Shown in pieces: positions 26,449-32,614 of a stretch of 36,579 nt of DNA (its first letter is position 1; every line of letters begins with the position of its first letter). A model generated the notes under the pieces. It was not told the origin of the DNA and did no database searches. It saw only the letters and a program-made list of their open reading frames with translations. A program made the position numbers and the translations under genes. The DNA comes from a virus (taxonomy: Duplodnaviria > Caudoviricetes), in IMG/VR virus record IMGVR_UViG_3300032212_000082, positions 1 to 36,579 of that record; one strand, given 5' to 3'.

Positions 26449-27288
26449 ATGACTAAAGCATTTTACTTTGCGACTAACGATAAAAAACTTCGTTATGGCG
26501 ATAACAGACAGATAAGGGTCGGCACAACACACACTGTTGACTACGAACCCATGCTTTGTAGGCAGGGACTACACGCTTCACGGAGACTAATTGACGCGCT
26601 ATCCTATGCGCCCGGCCACTGGCTTTATTGGGTTGAGTTGGGCGGGGAGACAATCGAAGGCTCAGACAAGATGGCTGCTACATCAAGAAAGTATTTAGCT
26701 GACTTTAATGCTGAAAGACTGCTTAGAAAGTTTGCCAGAAAGCAGGCTTTGTTGAACATTGAAAAGATTAAGCCTTACTGCGGTAAGGACGACTACCACT
26801 TAATATTAAAGTGGCTGAACACTGGCGATAAGCGTTATCAGGCTGCTGCTCGCTATGCTGCCTCTACTGCTCGCTATACTGCTAACTCTACTACTCACTC
26901 TACTGCTCGCTCTGCCGCTCACTCTGCTGCTCACTGTGCTTCTTACGATGCTGCTGACGCTGCTTACGATACTGGTTGCGCTGCTGCCTCTGCTGCTCGT
27001 TCTGCTGCTGACGCTGCTGCTGACGCTGCTGCTGCCTCTACTGCTCGCTCTGCCGCTCACTCTGCTGCTCACTGTGCTGGTTGCGCTGCTTACGCTGCTT
27101 ACGATACTGGTTGCGCTGCTAACTCTACTACTCACTCTGCTGCTTACGATGCTGCTGACGCTGCTCGTTCTGCTGCTCACTCTGCTGCAAACAAGATGCT
27201 AACCGACATGGTAAGAGAGGCTACTGGATGGGATATAGGAGAAGATGATAGATACTACCTTATTGAGAAGGAGAAAGACAATGAATAA
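26449..27288 (+). CDS. Phage protein with a globular N-terminal domain and an Ala-rich repeat tract
   Basis: The N-terminal LCRQGLHAS...DALSYAPG...VELGG...DK domain is a type often seen in phage accessory regions. It is followed by ~115 aa of (x)SAA/DAA repeats. Confidence 0.75.
   Translation: MTKAFYFATNDKKLRYGDNRQIRVGTTHTVDYEPMLCRQGLHASRRLIDALSYAPGHWLYWVELGGETIEGSDKMAATSRKYLADFNAERLLRKFARKQALLNIEKIKPYCGKDDYHLILKWLNTGDKRYQAAARYAASTARYTANSTTHSTARSAAHSAAHCASYDAADAAYDTGCAAASAARSAADAAADAAAASTARSAAHSAAHCAGCAAYAAYDTGCAANSTTHSAAYDAADAARSAAHSAANKMLTDMVREATGWDIGEDDRYYLIEKEKDNE
26842..27186 (+). repeat. Low-complexity GCT-rich coding repeat mosaic
   Basis: Exact internal repeats: 43 bp (26898-26940 = 27036-27078), 29 bp (26957-26985 = 27092-27120), 21 bp (26881-26901 = 27118-27138). 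Confidence 0.92.
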
Positions 27289-27649
27289 CCAAGAAATAAA
27301 CCTAGCGATTGCTAAGTTGGTGCATCCAGAAGCAAGAAAAATTCAGCCAGACGCTATTGATTTTTGCAAGGATGGTGAGGGGGTTTTAGTAAGCCTTGCA
27401 TATGGTAGTGCAAGTCTAGTTGACTACTGCAACAACTGGAACGACTTAATGCCGTTGGTGGTTGAGCATAAGATAGCGTTAATGCCAGAGTATTTTGACG
27501 ATATAGTCATGACGGATAATTGGGAAGCGGAATACGAAATTATACCAAATGGATATCAGTGCAGTGTAAACAAAGACCCACAACGCGCCCTTGCTGAGTG
27601 CCTATTGAAAGTGTTGGAGAGCAAGCTAAGAGAGGGTGAAGATGATTGA
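27281..27649 (+). CDS. NinX/ABA-sandwich-like protein, copy 1 (start revised to ATG 27281)
   Basis: EINLAIAKL...DYCNNWNDLMPLVVEHKI...DPQRALAECLLKVL. The ATG lies within a junction repeat. Confidence 0.72.
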   Translation: MNNQEINLAIAKLVHPEARKIQPDAIDFCKDGEGVLVSLAYGSASLVDYCNNWNDLMPLVVEHKIALMPEYFDDIVMTDNWEAEYEIIPNGYQCSVNKDPQRALAECLLKVLESKLREGEDD

Positions 27650-27896
27650 TACATCATTAGATTACGCAATTCACGCTGTTAATGGTCTAAGTAAAAAAGA
27701 TATGCAGAATGTAGTTACGCATATCAATGAGGTTTTAGATATGGAGCAAGCCACGACAATTCAGAAGTTAGAAGCCAGAGTGCAGGAATTGGAGTTTGCA
27801 ATCCAAGGCCATGACAACGGCAATTATGACTGGGGTGATGTGCTTGCTGTGTTAGAAAGAGGCAAAGCCAAACTAAGAGAGGGTGAAGATGACTAA
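27642..27896 (+). CDS. Hypothetical protein with a short coiled coil
   Basis: ATG in the GAGGGTGAAGATGA junction. Contains IQKLEARVQELE. Ends KLREGEDD like the preceding gene. Confidence 0.65.
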   Translation: MIDTSLDYAIHAVNGLSKKDMQNVVTHINEVLDMEQATTIQKLEARVQELEFAIQGHDNGNYDWGDVLAVLERGKAKLREGEDD

Positions 27897-28218
27897 CGCA
27901 GAACTAAATCTAGCAATCGCTAGACTGCTTTATCCAGATGCGGAAATAGTTTTAAGTATAGAGTCGCCACTATTGGGGGCGGATAAGTACGTATTAAAAC
28001 ATGACGACAGATGTTATCAACACATCCCAAATTACAGCAACAACTGGAACGACTTAATGCCATTGGTGGTTGAGCATAAGATTACCCTGCAATGGGATAA
28101 CGAGGATATGCTTTGGGATGTTTATGGTGTTCGCACAGAATGTAAGGCAAGCAAAGACCCACAACTAGCACTAGCTAAATGCGTATTGGCTGTATTGCAG
28201 GAGAAAGACAATGACTGA
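27889..28218 (+). CDS. NinX/ABA-sandwich-like protein, copy 2
   Basis: ELNLAIARL...PNYSNNWNDLMPLVVEHKI...DPQLALAKCVLAVL. Shares 45/46 bp with copy 1 (27429-27474 vs 28037-28082). Confidence 0.72.
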   Translation: MTNAELNLAIARLLYPDAEIVLSIESPLLGADKYVLKHDDRCYQHIPNYSNNWNDLMPLVVEHKITLQWDNEDMLWDVYGVRTECKASKDPQLALAKCVLAVLQEKDND

Positions 28219-28519
28219 CCCTATAAAAGAACTAATACAGCTTGTGTTAGACCAGACTTGCCCAGACCCTGTAAGCAAGATAGAGCTTAAGTATGACATT
28301 TGCTTTACACAATCCGCAGATGAATTGATGGATGATATTGCTTTAAGTCGGACAGTGAAGTTAGAAGACAGAATAGCGGAGTTGGAAGAAAAGCTGCAAG
28401 AGAGCCAAATGTTTGACGAGATTGTCACGAATCAAAGTATTCGGAGCTATTTAAAAATCAACGATATATCAGACGATGATAAATACTACCTTATTGAGAA
28501 GGGGAAAGACGATGAGTGA
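28211..28519 (+). CDS. Hypothetical protein with an RIAELE coiled coil
   Basis: ATG in a junction repeat. Contains KLEDRIAELEEKL. Its C-terminus DDKYYLIEKGKDDE mirrors that of 26449-27288. Confidence 0.65.
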   Translation: MTDPIKELIQLVLDQTCPDPVSKIELKYDICFTQSADELMDDIALSRTVKLEDRIAELEEKLQESQMFDEIVTNQSIRSYLKINDISDDDKYYLIEKGKDDE

Positions 28520-28678
28520 TATACCGCGATACATGGATTGGGACAAGCCTGTTGAGCCTGACAAACGAGGCAAGTAAGTCACATACGATGACTGCATAGC
28601 AGACAAGAAAGCCAATAAACTAGAAATCCAGATGCTTAACGATTGGTGTCTGAAATTGAAGAACTGCAAAAGGGGTGA
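28512..28678 (+). pseudogene. Degraded small gene (premature ochre plus probable 1-nt deletion)
   Basis: MSDIPRYMDWDKPVEPDKRGK*VTYDDCIAD... has TAA at 28575-28577. A -1 shift near 28640 gives ...QMLNRLVSEIEELQKG* ending at TGA 28676-28678. Confidence 0.5.
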
Positions 28679-28682
28679 AGCA

Positions 28683-28850
28683 ATGATTGATTGGTTGAGA
28701 CGCAGACTAACCGCAAAGAGACTTGATTGCTCATTTGTAGATGTTGTAACAGGCAAAGAGGTTTTCAACTATGTTGACTACGATGGTCAAAAGTTTCTTG
28801 CTAATTACAACCATTGGTTTTTTAGGGTTTATTTTGGAGGAAAGCAGTGA
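28683..28850 (+). CDS. Hypothetical protein (55 aa, start revised to ATG 28683)
   Basis: Preceded by AGGGGTGAAGCAATGA, a variant of the second junction motif. Begins MIDWLRRRLTAK. Confidence 0.55.
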   Translation: MIDWLRRRLTAKRLDCSFVDVVTGKEVFNYVDYDGQKFLANYNHWFFRVYFGGKQ

Positions 28851-28924
28851 AACATAATAAATTTTATGAAGGCATAAAGAATTTTCTATGGGCATTGTTT
28901 AGACTGGAGAAAGACAATGACTGA
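28847..28924 (+). CDS. Mini-protein (25 aa, not in ORF track)
   Basis: SD GGAGG, GTGA overlap. MKHNKFYEGIKNFLWALFRLEKDND ends in the junction repeat. Confidence 0.45.
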   Translation: MKHNKFYEGIKNFLWALFRLEKDND

Positions 28925-29201
28925 CACATCAAACAGCGAAATGATACGGTTATCTGACTTGGTCAAAAAGCAATCAGCAAGAATAGCAGAGCTGGAGGAG
29001 AAGTTAAAGCCAGCTCGCCACCTGAAGTTATATGTAGACGACTTTAACGCGCTCGATGTCTGGGAAGAGATATGCAACGTAGTACGGGTTGATTATGAGA
29101 TGGTAGACGAAATAGATATCAACTTTCATACAGGCAACATTAACCCGTATAGAGAAGGGGAGTATTCACCAGAATATAAGCGGGAGAAAGACAATGAGTG
29201 A
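28917..29201 (+). CDS. Hypothetical protein with an RIAELE coiled coil
   Basis: ATG in a junction repeat. Contains ARIAELEEKLK. Ends REKDNE. Confidence 0.65.
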   Translation: MTDTSNSEMIRLSDLVKKQSARIAELEEKLKPARHLKLYVDDFNALDVWEEICNVVRVDYEMVDEIDINFHTGNINPYREGEYSPEYKREKDNE

Positions 29202-29376
29202 AGAATACATAACAGACCAAGGTTTTAGTTCATTAGATATAGAGACTTGTGATGAGTGTCATAGATGTTGGTACTACGAAGAAGTCACTGAATATCGAGG
29301 TGAGAAGATATGCAAGTCGTGCATGGAAGAAATCAAAGCCGACATAATAAGGGATGAGAGAAAAGACAATGGTTGA
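29194..29376 (+). CDS. Small zinc-finger-like protein
   Basis: CDEC...ICKSC pattern. ATG in a junction repeat. Confidence 0.65.
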   Translation: MSEEYITDQGFSSLDIETCDECHRCWYYEEVTEYRGEKICKSCMEEIKADIIRDERKDNG

Positions 29377-29437
29377 GTTTCACTATTGGATGTTGTTCGC
29401 TGTCCTAGTGTTGTTGTTATTCTACCGAAGGAAGTGA
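29369..29437 (+). CDS. 22-aa hydrophobic membrane peptide (not in ORF track)
   Basis: MVEFHYWMLFAVLVLLLFYRRK. The ATG is in the last junction-repeat variant, directly before the endolysin. Confidence 0.5.
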   Translation: MVEFHYWMLFAVLVLLLFYRRK

Positions 29438-29449
29438 TAAAATCGGTGG

Positions 29450-29839
29450 ATGAGAATTATACCACCTAAACGCCATGTCGATGAATACGGTAGTGGCGCA
29501 TATCTAGCACCAAGAGGCAAGCGTGACCACAATGGTATTGACCTGGCTTGCTATCCTGCATCAGAAGTAGTCACCCACGTATCTGGCCGAGTAACCAAGC
29601 TAGGCTACCCTTATTCAGACGATTTACGGTTCCGCTACGTACAAATCACGGATGACGATGGCTATCAGCACCGTTTCTTTTACGTAGAGCCGTCTATTTT
29701 CCTTCATGCAGCGGTCAAAGAGGGTGACGTTATAGGAACGACCCAAAAACTAGGCGATAGATACCCCAGGATAACCGAACATGTTCACTATGAAGTAAAG
29801 AAGGGTGGCGAGCATATTGACCCAGAGGAATGGTTATGA
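29450..29839 (+). CDS. M23-family peptidase (putative endolysin)
   Basis: Zinc motifs HNGID (HxxxD) and HVH (HxH), with VKEGDVIG and IDPEEWL. ATGA-coupled to the holin. Confidence 0.88.
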   Translation: MRIIPPKRHVDEYGSGAYLAPRGKRDHNGIDLACYPASEVVTHVSGRVTKLGYPYSDDLRFRYVQITDDDGYQHRFFYVEPSIFLHAAVKEGDVIGTTQKLGDRYPRITEHVHYEVKKGGEHIDPEEWL

Positions 29840-30237
29840 ATCCCGCGCTGCTGTCCGGCATATTTAATATTGGCTCTAAACTAATCGACCACTGGTTCCC
29901 TAACGAGGAAAATAAAGACATCAGAAAGGCCGAGCTGTTAATGCTTATTCAGGCCGGCAAGATGAAGGAACTAGAATCGGCTGCCAATGTAATCATTGCT
30001 GAGGCTCAGTCAGACCATTGGATAGTTGCAGCCTGGCGACCCATACTTATGTTAATCTTTGCGGGTATAGTGGCTAATAACTATATTTTATATCCGTACC
30101 TGTCATTATTCTGGACAGAAGCACCTCGACTCGCTGTCCCAGACCAGTTATGGTCACTCTTAAACATTGGTGTTGGCGGTTATATTGTTGGCCGAAGCGC
30201 AGAGAAAGTAGTGAAAGAGTACAAAAGCAATGACTAA
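29836..30237 (+). CDS. Holin (3TM, GTA-holin-like)
   Basis: Motifs KLIDHWFP, IIAEAQSDHW..AWRP, hydrophobic helices and GVGGYIVGRSAEK. Confidence 0.85.
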   Translation: MNPALLSGIFNIGSKLIDHWFPNEENKDIRKAELLMLIQAGKMKELESAANVIIAEAQSDHWIVAAWRPILMLIFAGIVANNYILYPYLSLFWTEAPRLAVPDQLWSLLNIGVGGYIVGRSAEKVVKEYKSND

Positions 30238-30388
30238 GAGCCATTTCGACAAGCTGTCAAAGAGTGATTTAAATAGGCACTTCCCTAATAAAGACCACGG
30301 TGGAAAAGGAAGCCATGCAAGGAAGAGTACAAAAGAAAGCCGGCAGAATTACCAAACCGGCTATGATAAGATTAAATGGAGTCGTTAA
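30230..30388 (+). CDS. 52-aa basic peptide after the holin (not in ORF track)
   Basis: MTKSHFDKLSKSDLNRHFPNKDHGGKGSHARKSTKESRQNYQTGYDKIKWSR. It overlaps the holin end and fills the gap up to the convergent gene. Confidence 0.6.
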   Translation: MTKSHFDKLSKSDLNRHFPNKDHGGKGSHARKSTKESRQNYQTGYDKIKWSR

Positions 30389-30597
30389 GTCGGGCAGTCA
30401 AATTTCTCTTTGGCGTTATACTCGTCATCATACTTTTCGTGCAAGTAGTCTTGATAATACTTTTGATTGAGATGTTCCCGCAAATCTTTATCCTCATCCA
30501 AATCCTTATGCAAGTCGTCGCACGATACACCGTCTAAATTGCTGTCAAATTTCTTTCGCCTTTCTTTTAGCTCAATAGCTAGTTTGTCATACCACAT
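30385..30597 (-). CDS. Hypothetical protein (70 aa, charged)
   Basis: TAATG-coupled to the upstream HTH gene. Its stop overlaps the convergent stop (TTAA). Confidence 0.55.
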   Translation of the reverse strand: MWYDKLAIELKERRKKFDSNLDGVSCDDLHKDLDEDKDLREHLNQKYYQDYLHEKYDDEYNAKEKFDCPT

Positions 30598-30788
30598 TAC
30601 AAAGCCCTTCTATAAGATATAGGGAATACAATCATATCCCCTTTATCGTGTGTTACATAATAATCAGATACCGCCCTATTCCGCATATTGTACATGCGTT
30701 GCGGTGTTATATCTAATGCCCTCGCTAAACTGGACCAGTTACCGCTGTGGTATAGTTTGCAGTACTCTTTTAGTGTGTATATTTTCAT
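30597..30788 (-). CDS. Small HTH/Cro-like protein (start revised to ATG 30788)
   Basis: LKEYCKLYHSGNWSSLARALDITPQRMYNMR is an HTH pattern. SD GAGG. Confidence 0.65.
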   Translation of the reverse strand: MKIYTLKEYCKLYHSGNWSSLARALDITPQRMYNMRNRAVSDYYVTHDKGDMIVFPISYRRAL

Positions 30789-30796
30789 AATAGCCT

Positions 30797-30898
30797 CTAT
30801 ATTGCTGTCAGTAGTAAGTCTACAATAATTAATACCAGGATAGCCGCACATGCTGGTTGAGCGCCTTTGGCTATCAGTAAGTCTATAATAGTTTTCAT
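30797..30898 (-). CDS. 33-aa membrane peptide (not in ORF track)
   Basis: SD GAGGTG. MKTIIDLLIAKGAQPACAAILVLIIVDLLLTAI. Confidence 0.55.
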   Translation of the reverse strand: MKTIIDLLIAKGAQPACAAILVLIIVDLLLTAI

Positions 30899-30909
30899 CG
30901 TTTCACCTC

Positions 30910-31569
30910 TTAGTGTTTATGGTAGCTAACATTAGCAACATTCTTGTTATAACATGCTGTACAATCACCGCATGAATTGTTCTGCTTTGGCGCTGGGCAG
31001 ACATAACCGTGCGCTGTTTGATTTTTATGCACAGTACTAGTGTTGATGCCCTTTCTAACTTTGGACGGCAACCCGTCAACCATAGGCGCTGAAAGTCGCA
31101 CACATAAATTATCAGGAATATTGCCTTTGTAGCTGTTTATAACCTTCTTTTCTTTAGTTGGTAGCCAGAACTTAATGTTTGGCAGCTTTTCGGCAATCCT
31201 TATAATTGCCTTGTAATGATTCAATGATTGTAAATCACCGGCATCATGCCACCTATGAAAGCCCAAAGTAGCACGTTTTTCAATTAGAAAAATCATGGCA
31301 TCAGACCAGCTTTTTAAACCGTCTTTTTTGTCACCATCTACAATATGTTGTGTGTTGTTTTCGCGGCCCTTGCGCACACTTGGATAGATACCCGTTCCAC
31401 GTTTAGCATAGCATTGGTGGCAAACACTTCCTTCTATCTTTGATAATTCAGAACCAACCTTGCATTGAAATGGATCTAAACCAAAGCTAGAACCTAACAT
31501 TTTGGAGTTTTTGTTCGATACATCGCCACCGGTGTGTACCCTGGCTGTCTTAATTGTTAAATCATTCAT
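30910..31569 (-). CDS. GP88-like Cys-rich protein (Fe-S/radical-SAM-related fold suspected)
   Basis: Motifs NSKM, C-x13-CHQCYA, RWHDAGD, FWLPTKE, NLCVRLS and CPA...CGDCTAC. Confidence 0.8.
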   Translation of the reverse strand: MNDLTIKTARVHTGGDVSNKNSKMLGSSFGLDPFQCKVGSELSKIEGSVCHQCYAKRGTGIYPSVRKGRENNTQHIVDGDKKDGLKSWSDAMIFLIEKRATLGFHRWHDAGDLQSLNHYKAIIRIAEKLPNIKFWLPTKEKKVINSYKGNIPDNLCVRLSAPMVDGLPSKVRKGINTSTVHKNQTAHGYVCPAPKQNNSCGDCTACYNKNVANVSYHKH

Positions 31570-31573
31570 ATTA

Positions 31574-31708
31574 TTATCCCCTTACTGAATTAGGGTTTAT
31601 TAATTGCAAACAGGCTCTAACCGCACTTGGCATATTGTTAGCTATTCCTGTTTTATTCTTATAACTGGCTATCCATGAACCAGTTTTAATGTCTTTGTAT
31701 ATTTTCAT
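31574..31708 (-). CDS. 44-aa hypothetical protein (not in ORF track)
   Basis: SD AAGGA. MKIYKDIKTGSWIASYKNKTGIANNMPSAVRACLQLINPNSVRG. First gene after the leftward promoter. Confidence 0.5.
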   Translation of the reverse strand: MKIYKDIKTGSWIASYKNKTGIANNMPSAVRACLQLINPNSVRG

Positions 31709-31748
31709 CAGTCTATTTTCCTTTATTAAATAGTTAACTTACTCTTAT

Positions 31749-31776
31749 ATAGTACTCCAATTAATGTATAAATCAA
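31749..31776 (-). promoter_or_regulatory. Putative leftward promoter for the GP88 operon
   Basis: Minus strand TTGATT, 16 bp, TACTAT, in an AT-rich intergenic region. Confidence 0.45.
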
Positions 31777-31804
31777 TACGTATATCGAATTATTTAGTGT
31801 GTCG

Positions 31805-31822
31805 TGTTATACTACATGTAGC
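31805..31822 (+). promoter_or_regulatory. Extended -10 promoter for the terminase operon with an overlapping palindromic site
   Basis: TGT-TATACT at 31805-31813. ACTACATGTAGC at 31811-31822 is the exact reverse complement of 1307-1318. Confidence 0.6.
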
Positions 31823-31849
31823 CACCAACCTATCAAGTTATTGTTTTTT

Positions 31850-32317
31850 ATGAAGAAATCCCAGGAAATCATCAAGCCAAGTAACAAATCCGGCAGACCT
31901 AGTATTGTATGTGACAATAGAGTAATAAAGATAATCACTGACATGCTTATATTGGGTGCTGAGCATAAGGAAGTGTGTAAAGCGCTTGGGATTAGTGCTA
32001 GTACTTATTATAAATGGCGCAAAGAGAATAAAAAACTATCTAATGCCATTGAAGAAATAGAACATTTGCAAACTGATAATGTCGAAAAGTCCCTATATAA
32101 AAGGGCTACAGGCTTTTGGGTTACTGAAACAACCACCAATAAATCAGGCGAGTCAACCAAAGAACGGTACATAGTTCCTGACACTGCGGCACTAATATTC
32201 TGGCTAACTAACAGACGTAAGGACAAGTGGCAGAACAAACAAGTGCATGATGTTAACGCTCGACCACTAGTTAAACGCAATGTAAAGCGATTTGACGGTC
32301 ATACAGAGGATGAGTAA
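31850..32317 (+). CDS. terS: Terminase small subunit (start probably ATG 31850)
   Basis: GRPS, HTH VCKALGISASTYYKWRK, VEKSLYKRATG and PDTAALIFWLTNRRKDKW. Upstream of terL. Confidence 0.85.
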   Translation: MKKSQEIIKPSNKSGRPSIVCDNRVIKIITDMLILGAEHKEVCKALGISASTYYKWRKENKKLSNAIEEIEHLQTDNVEKSLYKRATGFWVTETTTNKSGESTKERYIVPDTAALIFWLTNRRKDKWQNKQVHDVNARPLVKRNVKRFDGHTEDE

Positions 32318-32536
32318 TAGGGTGGCTAGGGTAATGAGTGTAAAGCGCTTAGAGAGGCTTACAGGGCTTGATAGGGGGGGGAGTTCGGAGCTTGGAGTTG
32401 TGAAGGTCTATACATATCCACTCACACAATTTTCCCAACCCAGAATCAAAACCCCTGAAAAATAATAATTTCCAAGTAAAACAATACTTTATATATTAGG
32501 ACTTGCTAATGTGTTACAGAAATCACGGGGATATAT

Positions 32537-32614
32537 ATGGACTTTAGTTGGTTATTTAATTTGTGTATTGGTATTTTAATCGTCGTGGTAATATGGGATT
32601 TAATCAATGAGTGA
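32537..32614 (+). CDS. 25-aa membrane peptide upstream of terL (not in ORF track)
   Basis: SD-like GGGGA. MDFSWLFNLCIGILIVVVIWDLINE overlaps the terL start. Confidence 0.45.
   Translation: MDFSWLFNLCIGILIVVVIWDLINE

Larger units (their letters stand above)
25868..29371 (+). repeat. Dispersed gene-junction repeats of the small-gene array
   Basis: GGAGAAAGACAATGA is perfect at 25868, 27270, 28200, 28906 and 29183, with variants at 26438, 28501 and 29358. CTAAGAGAGGGTGAAGATGA is identical at 27626 and 27873. Confidence 0.9.

Noticed and set aside
26806-27202. Poly-Leu ORF (26855-27202 +) and poly-Ser ORF (26806-27180 -)
   Set aside because: They are shadow frames of the GCT-rich NNY repeat in the 279-aa gene. 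They have no SD and non-ATG starts.
28575-28577. Stop-codon reassignment suggested by the in-frame TAA
   Set aside because: All core genes are intact under the standard code and use TAA, TAG and TGA as real, often coupled, stops. A single broken accessory gene is better explained as a pseudogene.
25868-29371. CRISPR array or attC-type integron interpretation of the repeated 15-mer
   Set aside because: The repeats are short, non-palindromic and irregularly spaced by whole genes. No cas gene or tyrosine integrase is present.
29830-29838. Lambda S-like dual start (Met-Val-Met) of the holin
   Set aside because: The first ATG directly abuts the SD and adds no charged residue. The second ATG is properly spaced and coupled to the endolysin stop.
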